A stretch of 64,000 nt of DNA from an uncultured Actinomycetes bacterium (GTDB lineage: Bacteria; Actinomycetota; Acidimicrobiia; IMCC26256; DASPTH01), in contig CAVZKC010000004.1 in NCBI GenBank assembly GCA_963775795.1, positions 820,028-884,027 on the forward strand. Reading direction: 5' to 3'. Shown here in pieces: positions 36,590 through 44,779 of the stretch (its first letter is position 1; each line of letters starts with the position of its first letter). The notes under the pieces were generated by a model. It searched no databases. It had not been told where the DNA came from and saw nothing but the letters and a program-made list of their open reading frames with translations. A program made the position numbers and the translations under genes.

Positions 36590-36770
36590 TACTCCGTGCC
36601 GGTTTGACAGCCGTTCCGACAGCCAAACAGCGAGTCGACGGCGTTCTGCCGCTTGTCGGTGCATGGTAGGCGTGACATGCGAATAGAGGTCGAGGGTGAT
36701 GGCCGATGTCGAGGGGTCTGCTGCACGGTGGGGTGACACCTTGACCTGGCTTGCCTGAGGGTGGGCTTAA
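36590..36770 (-). pseudogene. C-terminal remnant of a second tyrosine integrase, internally frameshifted
   Basis: HRAADPSTSAITLDLYSHVTPTMHRQAAE carries the catalytic-Tyr box. In another frame ...NAVDSLFG resembles the usual tail. An in-frame TAA sits immediately upstream. Confidence 0.5.
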
Positions 36771-37013
36771 ACGACCGCCACCTCGCGATTGTCGGCTGAC
36801 CCGCCGTGACCTCGAAGTCAGCTGAGCGCCTGCCCCCAGTCGCCGGCTCCGGATGGCACTGGCCCGATTGCAAGCAGGCCGGCAGCAATCCCGTTGGTTC
36901 CGCGCACGGCGCACCATTGACCTTTGCCGCGATCTATGGCCGACGCCGCCCGAACTTCGAGCGCCACGCCGCCTACGTCCCCGGTGCGTTCGTCGCCGGC
37001 GGCTGGGTCAGGG

Positions 37014-37415
37014 TCAACCCCCCGGCGGCTCGACCCGCTCGATCGTGTCGATCCGGTCGATTGACCGATCGAAGGAGGCGACCCTGCCGACGCCGGTGCT
37101 CTCGGCACAAGCGACGAGATACGCCTCGGCGAAGTCGATTCGGTCGGTCTCGTACACCTCGGTCACCCGCAGAAGCAGCGCCGGATCGACGCAGACGATC
37201 GAATCAAACGCCATGAGGGATCGCACCACTTGCGCGACCTCATCGCGGGGTGCTTCGTAGAACGATTCCAGCACGTACACCGTCTCCGCAGCCACGAGGT
37301 CGGTGAGTAGCAAGTCGCGCTCGGAGCGAAGGTACGCGGTCGCTCGTGCCGCCATCGCTGGGGGATCGCCAGTGAGGTGACGGACGAGGACGTTCGTGTC
37401 GACGAACGCGCTCAA
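37014..37415 (-). CDS. vapC: PIN-domain ribonuclease toxin (VapC family)
   Basis: TTG 37415. SAFVDTNVLVRHLTGDPP...LLLTDLVAAETVYVL...DFAEAYLVACAE...ASFDRS carry the PIN acidic residues. Confidence 0.75.
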   Translation of the reverse strand: MSAFVDTNVLVRHLTGDPPAMAARATAYLRSERDLLLTDLVAAETVYVLESFYEAPRDEVAQVVRSLMAFDSIVCVDPALLLRVTEVYETDRIDFAEAYLVACAESTGVGRVASFDRSIDRIDTIERVEPPGG

Positions 37416-37559
37416 CGGCGCGCTGCAGCTCGATCGGAACCACTTGGTTGACAAGCGCCGACTCGGCCGCCCGTCTCCGGACCCGGTTGCGGCAGCTTTC
37501 CAGCGGGGCAAAACTTCACCTGCAGAGCGTGAGACTCGGAACGACGGGGAGGAGCATCG

Positions 37560-38108
37560 ATGTTCGATGTGGACCAGCTCGTGGCCGATTGTCACGCAGC
37601 GGCGGACGAGCCCGAGCCCCGCCTCGCCGTCAAGGAGATCCTGCAGCGAGCGGTTCGCGAGCCCGCGGCGATCGAGCAAGCGCTTCCGCCCACGCACGCC
37701 GAGATCTCGCCGCTCCACGTCGAGCCCGGCCTCACGATCCTCAAGGTGGTGTGGGCGCCGGGCATGACGCTCCCCGCGCACAACCACCTCATGTGGGCTG
37801 CGATCGGGCTGTACGGCGGCCAGGAGGACAACGCCTTCTTCCGTCGCGGTGGGTCGGGGCTCGTCAGCTCCGGTGGACTCGAGCTGCGGACGGGCGACGC
37901 CGTCCTGCTCGGTGACGACACGATCCACAAGGTCACGAACCCACTCAGGGATTTCACGGCAGCCCTCCACGTCTACGGCGGGGACCTGCCGGCCCAGCGG
38001 GGGCGGAGCGAGTGGGACGACGAGACCGGTGGCGAGCTCGCCTACGACTTCGATCGGACGGTCCGCTACTTCGAGGAGGCGAACGCGTCACGAGCACCGT
38101 CGAGCTGA
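37560..38108 (+). CDS. cupin-fold metalloprotein (cysteine-dioxygenase-like DSBH family)
   Basis: KVVWAPGMTLPAHNHLMWAAIGLYGGQE...DTIHKVTNP cupin motifs. 182 aa. Confidence 0.7.
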   Translation: MFDVDQLVADCHAAADEPEPRLAVKEILQRAVREPAAIEQALPPTHAEISPLHVEPGLTILKVVWAPGMTLPAHNHLMWAAIGLYGGQEDNAFFRRGGSGLVSSGGLELRTGDAVLLGDDTIHKVTNPLRDFTAALHVYGGDLPAQRGRSEWDDETGGELAYDFDRTVRYFEEANASRAPSS

Positions 38109-38131
38109 CCGCCAACGACCGGTGCGGCCCG

Positions 38132-38944
38132 TCAAGAACGGCGCTTGGCGAGCCAGTCGTCGACGAATGCCTGGTCGTCCGGTGGATAGATCCCCCCCAT
38201 GCTCAGGTTGATGCCGCCGTCGACGTAGATCGTCTGGCCGTTGACGAACTGTGAGTCCTCGGTCGCAAGAAACAGCGCGACGGGCGCGATGTCGGTCTCG
38301 GGATCACCCGTCCGCCCGAGAGGGAGGCCCTTCACCATCTCGGCGATCCCCGGGTTCTTCTCGACCAGCTCGTAGTACGCGGCGCTCGCGGCCGCAGGAG
38401 CGATCGCGTTGCATCCGATTCGGTATCGGCCCCATTCCGCTGCCGCCGACACGGTGAGCGCCCGGATCCCCGCCTTGGTCGCGTTGTAGTCGCTGTGGAA
38501 CCACTGGCCGTTGTCGCCGTCCGAGGAATAGAAGTTGACGATCCGGCCGCCACCCTGGTCCTTCATGATCGGAAACACCGCCTGCATCGCCCAGAGGGTG
38601 GCGTAGAGACCGACCCGGAGCATGAAGTCCCACATTTCGTCGGACTTGTCCTCCAGCGGCACGTGCGGCGACAATGCGATGGCGTCGTTGACGAGCACGT
38701 CGACTCGGCCGAACTGTTCGTGCGCGGTCGCTACCATGCGCTCCACGTCGGCGCGCCGCGACACGTCGGTGCGCAGGAACGTCACTCGGTCGCCGGCTTC
38801 CTCCGCGACGCGCCGGCCGTCGTCCTCCGCGATATCTGCGACGAAGATGTGAGCTCCCTCGTTCGCGAACCGTCGGCAGATCCCGCGCCCGATGCCGCGC
38901 GCACCACCCGTGACGATCGCCACCTTGCCGTCCAGTCGCCCCAT
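38132..38944 (-). CDS. SDR-family short-chain dehydrogenase/reductase
   Basis: TGGARGIG cofactor motif and YNATK catalytic motif. 270 aa. Confidence 0.9.
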   Translation of the reverse strand: MGRLDGKVAIVTGGARGIGRGICRRFANEGAHIFVADIAEDDGRRVAEEAGDRVTFLRTDVSRRADVERMVATAHEQFGRVDVLVNDAIALSPHVPLEDKSDEMWDFMLRVGLYATLWAMQAVFPIMKDQGGGRIVNFYSSDGDNGQWFHSDYNATKAGIRALTVSAAAEWGRYRIGCNAIAPAAASAAYYELVEKNPGIAEMVKGLPLGRTGDPETDIAPVALFLATEDSQFVNGQTIYVDGGINLSMGGIYPPDDQAFVDDWLAKRRS

Positions 38945-39056
38945 GTCGAGCTCCGATTTCCCGGGCCGTGCCGCCGCACAAGAGGCTACCTTCGCGACCG
39001 AGGCTCAGAACGTCCCGCTCGCGAAGCTCGTCGCAGAAGGCAGCGCATGACCGCGT

Positions 39057-39420
39057 TCACGCGTTGATCGCGTCGACGATCCGCTGGAAGGTGATCGGCA
39101 GGTCGCGTACGCGGACCCCGAGCGCCGCGAACACCGCGTTGCCGATCGCGCCGCCGCCGCCAGACCCTGCGCGATCTGGACCGAGAACAAGACCCGGACG
39201 GAATCGCCCTCCCATTCACGACCGCGCACGACGGGCCGATCGACGCGTGGAAGGGGCGCGAGTACGACGCGCGCACGGTCGTCGCGGCCGATTTGCCCAG
39301 GCCCCGGTCGGCTCGTCCAGGATCTCGGTCGTGCACGGGCCGAGCGCAGGACCGCGTCGAGCTCGTCCTCGTCCGGGGAGGCCCACGCCGCACTGCATAA
39401 TCGGGGCGGCTGGCGGGGCA
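39057..39420 (-). pseudogene. C-terminal remnant of a molybdopterin oxidoreductase large subunit (CoxL/XdhB-like), multiply frameshifted
   Basis: The last 30 codons read AIGNAVFAALGVRVRDLPITFQRIVDAINA* (stop 39057-39059), the typical family C-terminus. Upstream similarity (VQIAQGL..) is in other frames only. Confidence 0.45.
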
Positions 39421-39463
39421 AGCTGAACGACGACTCTCCAGCCGAGTGACAAAGGAGGAGCCG

Positions 39464-39880
39464 ATGGCCTTCTACCCATACCTCTTCTTCAGCGGCAATT
39501 GCCGCGAGGCGTTCACTCGCTATCAGGAGATATTCGGCGGCGAGCTCGTCCTTCTCAAGATGTCGGACATGCCTCCCGGCGAAGGCGAGGTGCCGCCCGA
39601 GCAGGCGGATCTCATCATGCACGCGGCCATCACGATCGGTGACCAGCTGCTCATGGCCTCTGACGACCCGACCGGCGACGGTGGGCCTGTCAAGGGCATG
39701 TCGGTGAACTACTCGGTCACCGACGTCGGCGAAGCCGAGCGCGCGTTCAACGCCCTCGCGGAGGGGGGCAAGGTCACGGCGCCCTTCGAGAAGACCTTCT
39801 GGTCGCCGGGATTCGGGATGTGCGTCGACCGGTTCGGCATCCCCTGGATGGTGGGCGCGGAGAGACCCGAGGAGAGCTAG
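39464..39880 (+). CDS. VOC/glyoxalase-fold protein (PhnB-like)
   Basis: AAAGGAGGAG then ATG 39464. MAFYPYLFFSGNCREAFTRYQEIFGG...FWSPGFGMCVDRFGIPWMV. Confidence 0.8.
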   Translation: MAFYPYLFFSGNCREAFTRYQEIFGGELVLLKMSDMPPGEGEVPPEQADLIMHAAITIGDQLLMASDDPTGDGGPVKGMSVNYSVTDVGEAERAFNALAEGGKVTAPFEKTFWSPGFGMCVDRFGIPWMVGAERPEES

Positions 39881-40002
39881 TCGATGGGGCGACACTCCGG
39901 AGGCAGACTGCGACGTCGCGCCAGAACGTCTCCGATCTCGTTGTCGGTGAGGGGCGGAGGAGGTTGCGGTCCATGCCGCGACTCCACGGAAGGCGGCCGA
40001 CC

Positions 40003-40383
40003 ATGAAATGCGTGCCGCGGAATGATCGGCACGACCCCGCGTACGCTCACTCAGTGCCACGCGCCTCCGCACTGCTGTCGCCCCTGGCGGGGCCGCCCGG
40101 CCTGTCCGAGGCCGACGTCCGCACGTCGTGCCCGAGCTGCGGCCATTCGCAGCGCCTCGACCAGGCGCTCTATCTCGACGGTGACCCGTGGGAGTCGACG
40201 TACTGCTGCGCCGAGTGCACGCTCCCGCTCCTCCTCATCTCGCCCGCGGGTCCGGTGCCCTGGGAGGGCCGAGGGTTCGAAGTCGCCGGGTGGCTCCTTC
40301 GCAACCCGACTGACGTGTTCTGCCGCGCGAGCAGCGCCGCGCCCGAGATCCGCATCCCGGCGTCGCCCGACGCGCTCGACTGA
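40003..40383 (+). CDS. hypothetical Cys-rich (zinc-ribbon-like) protein
   Basis: CPSCG...CCAEC pairs. No family recognised and the start is uncertain. Confidence 0.3.
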   Translation: MKCVPRNDRHDPAYAHSVPRASALLSPLAGPPGLSEADVRTSCPSCGHSQRLDQALYLDGDPWESTYCCAECTLPLLLISPAGPVPWEGRGFEVAGWLLRNPTDVFCRASSAAPEIRIPASPDALD

Positions 40384-40574
40384 GACGCGGCGGTGGACGC
40401 GGGGCCGGTGGCGTCGTAGGGTCCCGTGGCGCCGGGGACGGCTGAAGGCCGTCGACGTGCGCGAGGCGCCGGGCGCGGAGACATCCGCACCGATCGGCGC
40501 GACAATCCCGCTGCTGCCGGTTTCACCGAGCAGTAGCGGTCGTCAAGCCTGACACCAGTAATGGGGGGGAACAG

Positions 40575-41774
40575 ATGAAGCGGAAGGTTCTTGCGTTGCT
40601 CAGCGCGACTGCGGTCGTCGCCGCGCTCGTATCCGTCACTGCGCCGGCGGGCGCGGCCAAGCCGGCGTCGGGAGAGCCGCTCCAGTTCGGCTACATAGAC
40701 TCGTTAATTGGTGCGAGCGCCGTCCCGTCGCTCAGGCAGGCCCTCGATGCGTACGTCGACGACTGGAACCAGCGGGGCGGCCACGACGGCCAACCCATCG
40801 AGATCGTCTACGAAGAGGCCGGCATCATCAACGCGGGCGAGCAGTTGGCGGCGGCGCGCACCTTGAACTCCAACCCGAAGATCCTCGGGGTCCTCCAGCC
40901 AGGAACCTGCCAGGTGACCACGCCGCTGTTCGCGACGTCCCAGATCCCGATCCTCATTCAGGGGGTCAACACCACGGACTGTGTGCAGGACCCGTCGTTC
41001 ATGTTCACCCAGGCTGAGCAGGCAGACACGCTCCCGGCACTGAAGTGGGCGATCGACAAGGGCGTCAAGAACTACGGCGTGATGTATCCCGCCATCCCGC
41101 AGCTCCGCGCCGGCTTCGTCACGCCGCTCGAGGACTACCTCGCCCTCCACCCGGATCTGGACGTCAAGCTCACCGTGACCGAGGTCCCACTCGTGGCGAC
41201 CGGCGCCGACTTCGACGGCGCGGTCGCGAAGCTCAAGGCGGCCGGGGTCACCGCGTTGTTCCAGGCCGGGACCCCGGAAAGTACACCCCTTGCGATCCAG
41301 TCCGGGATCCGCAACGGGTTCGGACCCGCGGACGGCGTGAAGTGGATCCTCGGTTCGAACCTCTACGACCCGAAGATCCTGCCCGGCCTCCCCGAACTCG
41401 AAGGGACCTACATCCTGTCGAGCAACTACCCGTGGGAGGACACGAGCAACAAGCAAGTGAAGAAGATGAACAAGACCATCGGCAACGAGGTCGATAACAA
41501 GGACGGGTTCGCCGAGTTCGGCTACAAGTTCGGATACCTGCTCGAGCAGAGCCTCAAGAAGATCGACGGCGAGGTCACGCGAGAAGCGTTGTCCAAGGTC
41601 TGGGCATCGAAGGCCTTCAAGAAGTTCCAGCCCGTCCTGGTGCCCTACACCGTCAACTTCACGGACGGCCTGTCGAACCCCGCCGGGGGGATGATCCTCG
41701 TCGTCAAGAACGGCCAATTCGTGCCCGAGAGCGACTTCGTGACGATCCCGGCGAAGCAGTTCATCAAGCAGTAG
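40575..41774 (+). CDS. ABC transporter substrate-binding protein, LivJ/Peripla_BP_6 type, copy 1
   Basis: 399 aa. Signal peptide MKRKVLALLSATAVVAALVSVTAPAGAAKP. Type-I periplasmic binding protein layout. Confidence 0.85.
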   Translation: MKRKVLALLSATAVVAALVSVTAPAGAAKPASGEPLQFGYIDSLIGASAVPSLRQALDAYVDDWNQRGGHDGQPIEIVYEEAGIINAGEQLAAARTLNSNPKILGVLQPGTCQVTTPLFATSQIPILIQGVNTTDCVQDPSFMFTQAEQADTLPALKWAIDKGVKNYGVMYPAIPQLRAGFVTPLEDYLALHPDLDVKLTVTEVPLVATGADFDGAVAKLKAAGVTALFQAGTPESTPLAIQSGIRNGFGPADGVKWILGSNLYDPKILPGLPELEGTYILSSNYPWEDTSNKQVKKMNKTIGNEVDNKDGFAEFGYKFGYLLEQSLKKIDGEVTREALSKVWASKAFKKFQPVLVPYTVNFTDGLSNPAGGMILVVKNGQFVPESDFVTIPAKQFIKQ

Positions 41775-41815
41775 CCACGGATCAGCCGGGCGAAGTTCAC
41801 CATGACGTGGTCGGC

Positions 41816-41847
41816 GACCGACGTCGGGGTCATCCTCGACGTCGGTC
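41816..41847 (+). terminator. hairpin about 40 nt after the SBP copy 1 stop (11-bp perfect stem, 10-nt loop)
   Basis: GACCGACGTCG-gggtcatcct-CGACGTCGGTC. No T-tract. Confidence 0.4.
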
Positions 41848-42022
41848 GCAGCCGCCCACCCGGGAGCAACGCCGCGTCCTCCCGGTAGGCGTTCCGGTGT
41901 TCGAAGTGCCTTGTGCTCGGTTCGGGGGGGCCGTACACAACGGGTGACAATGTGCGACACTCTTGCAGTTCAGACTTCATGGACCAGGGAGGAAATTGAT
42001 GCAATTGATTAGGGGGGAACGG

Positions 42023-43222
42023 ATGAAGCGGAAGGTTCTTGCGTTGCTCAGCGCGGCTGCGGTCGTCGCCGCGCTCGTGTCCGTCACTGCGCCGGCGGGC
42101 GCGGCCAAGCCGGCGTCGGGAGAGCCGCTCCAGTTCGGCTACATAGACTCGTTAATTGGTGCGAGCGCCGTCCCGTCGCAAACGCAGGCCCTCGATGCGT
42201 ACGTCGACGACTGGAACCAGCGGGGCGGCCACGACGGCCAACCCATCGAGATCGTCTACGAAAAGGCCGGCATCATCGACACGGGCGCGCAGTTGGCGGC
42301 GGCGCGCACCTTCGGCTCCAACCCGAACATCCTCGCGGTCCTCCAGCCAGGAATCTGCCAGGTGACCACGCCGCTGCTCGCGACGTTCCAGATCCCGATC
42401 CTCGTTCAGCAGACCAATACCACGGACTGTGTGCAGGACCCGTCGTTCATGTTCAACCCGAACCAGCAGGCAGACACGCTCCCGGCACTGAAGTGGGCGA
42501 TCGACAAGGGCGTCAAGAACTACGGCGTGATGTATCCCGCCATCCCGCAGCTCCGAGCCGGCTTCGTCACGCCGCTCGAGGACTACCTCGCCCTCCACCC
42601 GGATCTGGACGTCAAGCTCACCGTGACCGAGGTCCCACTCGTGGCGACCGGCGCCGACTTCGACGGCGCGGTCGCGAAGCTCAAGGCGGCCGGGGTCACC
42701 GCGTTGTTCCAGGCCGGGACCCCGGAAAGTACACCCCTTGCGATCCAGTCCGGGATCCGCAACGGGTTCGGACCCGCGGACGGCGTGAAGTGGATCCTCG
42801 GTTCGAACCTCTACGACCCGAACATCCTGCCCGACCTCCCCGAACTCGAAGGGACCTACATCCTGTCGAGCAACTACCCGTGGGAGGACACGAGCAACAA
42901 GCAAGTGAAGAAGATGAACAAGACCATCGGCAACGAGATCGAAATCAAGGACGGGTTCGCCGAGTTCGGCTACAAGCTCGGATACCTGCTCGAGCAGAGC
43001 CTCAAGAAGATCGACGGCGAGGTCACGCGAGAAGCGTTGTCCAAGGTCTGGGCATCGAAGGCCTTCAAGAAGTTCCAGCCCGCCCTGGTGCCCTACACCG
43101 TCAACTTCACGGACGGCCTGTCGAACCCCGCCGGGGGGATGATCCTCGTCGTCAAGAACGGCCAATTCGTAACCGAGAGCGACTTCGTGACGATCCCGGC
43201 GAAGCAGTTCATCAAGCAGTAG
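42023..43222 (+). CDS. ABC transporter substrate-binding protein, copy 2
   Basis: 399 aa. About 29 residue differences from copy 1 by hand alignment. Confidence 0.85.
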   Translation: MKRKVLALLSAAAVVAALVSVTAPAGAAKPASGEPLQFGYIDSLIGASAVPSQTQALDAYVDDWNQRGGHDGQPIEIVYEKAGIIDTGAQLAAARTFGSNPNILAVLQPGICQVTTPLLATFQIPILVQQTNTTDCVQDPSFMFNPNQQADTLPALKWAIDKGVKNYGVMYPAIPQLRAGFVTPLEDYLALHPDLDVKLTVTEVPLVATGADFDGAVAKLKAAGVTALFQAGTPESTPLAIQSGIRNGFGPADGVKWILGSNLYDPNILPDLPELEGTYILSSNYPWEDTSNKQVKKMNKTIGNEIEIKDGFAEFGYKLGYLLEQSLKKIDGEVTREALSKVWASKAFKKFQPALVPYTVNFTDGLSNPAGGMILVVKNGQFVTESDFVTIPAKQFIKQ

Positions 43223-43263
43223 CCACGGATCAGCCGGGCGAAGTTCACCATGACGTGGTCGGC

Positions 43264-43295
43264 GACCGACGTCGGGGTCATCCTCGACGTCGGTC
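43264..43295 (+). terminator. same hairpin after SBP copy 2
   Basis: Identical GACCGACGTCG...CGACGTCGGTC inverted repeat. Confidence 0.4.
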
Positions 43296-43468
43296 GCAGC
43301 CGCCCACCCGGGAGCAACGCCGCGTCCTCCCGGTAGGCGTTCCGGTGTTCGAAGTGCCTTGTGCTCGGTTCGGGGGGGCCGTACACAACGGGTGACAATG
43401 TGCGACACTGTTGCAGTTCAGACTTCATGGACCAGGGGGAATTGATGCAATTGGTGAGGGGGGAACAG

Positions 43469-44668
43469 GTGAAGCGGAAGGTTCTTGCGTTGCTCAGCGC
43501 GGCTGCGGTCGTCGCCGCGCTCGTGTCCGTCACTGCGCCGGCGGGCGCGGCCAAGCCGGCGTCGGGAGAGCCGCTCCAGTTCGGCTCCATAGACTCGTTA
43601 ATTGGTGCGAGCGCCGTCCCGTCGGTCAGGCAGGCCCTCGATGCGTACGTCGACGACTGGAACCAGCGGGGCGGCCACGACGGCCAACCCATCGAGATCG
43701 TCTACGAAGAGGCCGGCATCATCGACACGGGCGCGCAGTTGGCGGCGGCGCGCACCTTCGGCTCCAACCCGAACATCCTCGCGGTCCTCCAGCCAGGAAT
43801 CTGCCAGGTGACCACGCCGCTGTTCGCGACGTTCCAGATCCCGATCCTCGTTCAGCCGGTCAACACCACGGACTGTGTGCAGGACCCGTCGTTCATGTTC
43901 ACCCCGGCTGCACAGGCAGACACGCTCCCGGCACTGAAGTGGGCGATCGACAAGGGCGTCAAGAACTACGGCGTGATGTATCCCGCCATCCCGCAGCTCC
44001 GCGCCGGCTTCGTCACGCCGCTCGAGGACTACCTCGCCCTCCACCCGGATCTGGACGTCAAGCTCACCGTGACCGAGGTCCCGCTCGTGGCGACCGGCGC
44101 CGACTTCGACGGCGCGGTCGCGAAGCTCAAGGCGGCCGGGGTCACCGCGTTGTTCCAGGCCGGGACCCCGGAAAGTACACCCCTTGCGATCCAGTCCGGG
44201 ATCCGCAACGGGTTCGGACCCGCGGACGGCGTGAAGTGGATCCTCGGTTCGAACCTCTACGACCCGAACATCCTGCCCGACCTCCCCGAACTCGAAGGGA
44301 CCTACATCCTGTCGAGCAGCTACCCGTGGGAGGACACGAGCAACAAGCAAGTGAAGAAGATGAACAAGACCATCGGCAACGAGATCGAAATCAAGGACGG
44401 GTTCGCCGAGCGCGGCTACGAGTTCGGATACCTGCTCGAGCAGAGCCTCAAGAAGATCGACGGCGAGGTCACGCGAGAAGCGTTGTCCAAGGTCTGGGCA
44501 TCGAAGGCCTTCAAGAAGTTCCAGCCCGCCCTGGTGCCCTACACCGTCAACTTCACGGACGGCCTGTCGAACCCCGCCGGGGGGATGATCCTCGTCGTCA
44601 AGAACGGCCAATTCGTGCCCGAGAGCGACTTCGTGACGATCCCGGCGAAGCAGTTCATCAAGCAGTAG
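43469..44668 (+). CDS. ABC transporter substrate-binding protein, copy 3 (GTG start)
   Basis: 399 aa. The start codon position reads GTG instead of ATG. No hairpin-containing spacer follows. Confidence 0.8.
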   Translation: MKRKVLALLSAAAVVAALVSVTAPAGAAKPASGEPLQFGSIDSLIGASAVPSVRQALDAYVDDWNQRGGHDGQPIEIVYEEAGIIDTGAQLAAARTFGSNPNILAVLQPGICQVTTPLFATFQIPILVQPVNTTDCVQDPSFMFTPAAQADTLPALKWAIDKGVKNYGVMYPAIPQLRAGFVTPLEDYLALHPDLDVKLTVTEVPLVATGADFDGAVAKLKAAGVTALFQAGTPESTPLAIQSGIRNGFGPADGVKWILGSNLYDPNILPDLPELEGTYILSSSYPWEDTSNKQVKKMNKTIGNEIEIKDGFAERGYEFGYLLEQSLKKIDGEVTREALSKVWASKAFKKFQPALVPYTVNFTDGLSNPAGGMILVVKNGQFVPESDFVTIPAKQFIKQ

Positions 44669-44779
44669 CCACGGATTCACCCCGACCGCAACGCCGCGAC
44701 TCAGTGCCCTCTCAGGTCGGGATCGCCATGCTCCGCCGTGAAAGTGGAGTGTGAGATCCCGATCAGGGAGGTGCACGAG

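Larger units (their letters stand above)
40563..44676 (+). repeat. head-to-tail triplication (periods 1448 and 1446 bp) of an SBP gene plus its downstream spacer
   Basis: Starts 40575/42023/43469 and stops 41774/43222/44668. Spacers of 248 and 246 bp are near-identical. Homology begins at the G-run/RBS before copy 1 and ends 8 nt after the copy 3 stop. Confidence 0.95.

Noticed and set aside
37416-37559. Candidate VapB antitoxin ORFs upstream of vapC (35-aa VKFCPAG... and the MVPIELQRAVERV... frame)
   Set aside because: Neither has a plausible start and RBS together with antitoxin-like (RHH, AbrB or Phd) sequence. One frame runs on into vapC coding sequence without a stop.
39005-40072. 355-aa minus-strand ORF
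   Set aside because: It overlaps the well-supported VOC gene on the opposite strand and has no motifs. Only a different-frame segment at its 3' end (the CoxL-like tail) looks ancestral.
40563-44676. Diversity-generating retroelement (DGR) as the source of the SBP variation
   Set aside because: No reverse transcriptase or template repeat occurs in the window. Substitutions are not adenine-specific (for example G to C, C to T and multi-base codon replacements).
40704-44776. Three near-identical ~400-aa ORFs antisense to the SBP genes (40704-41960, 42152-43408, 43598-44776)
   Set aside because: Their repetition simply mirrors the SBP triplication. Their sequences are Arg/Asp/Glu/Leu/Val-rich with no recognisable domain, whereas the sense strand has a signal peptide and SBP-like features.
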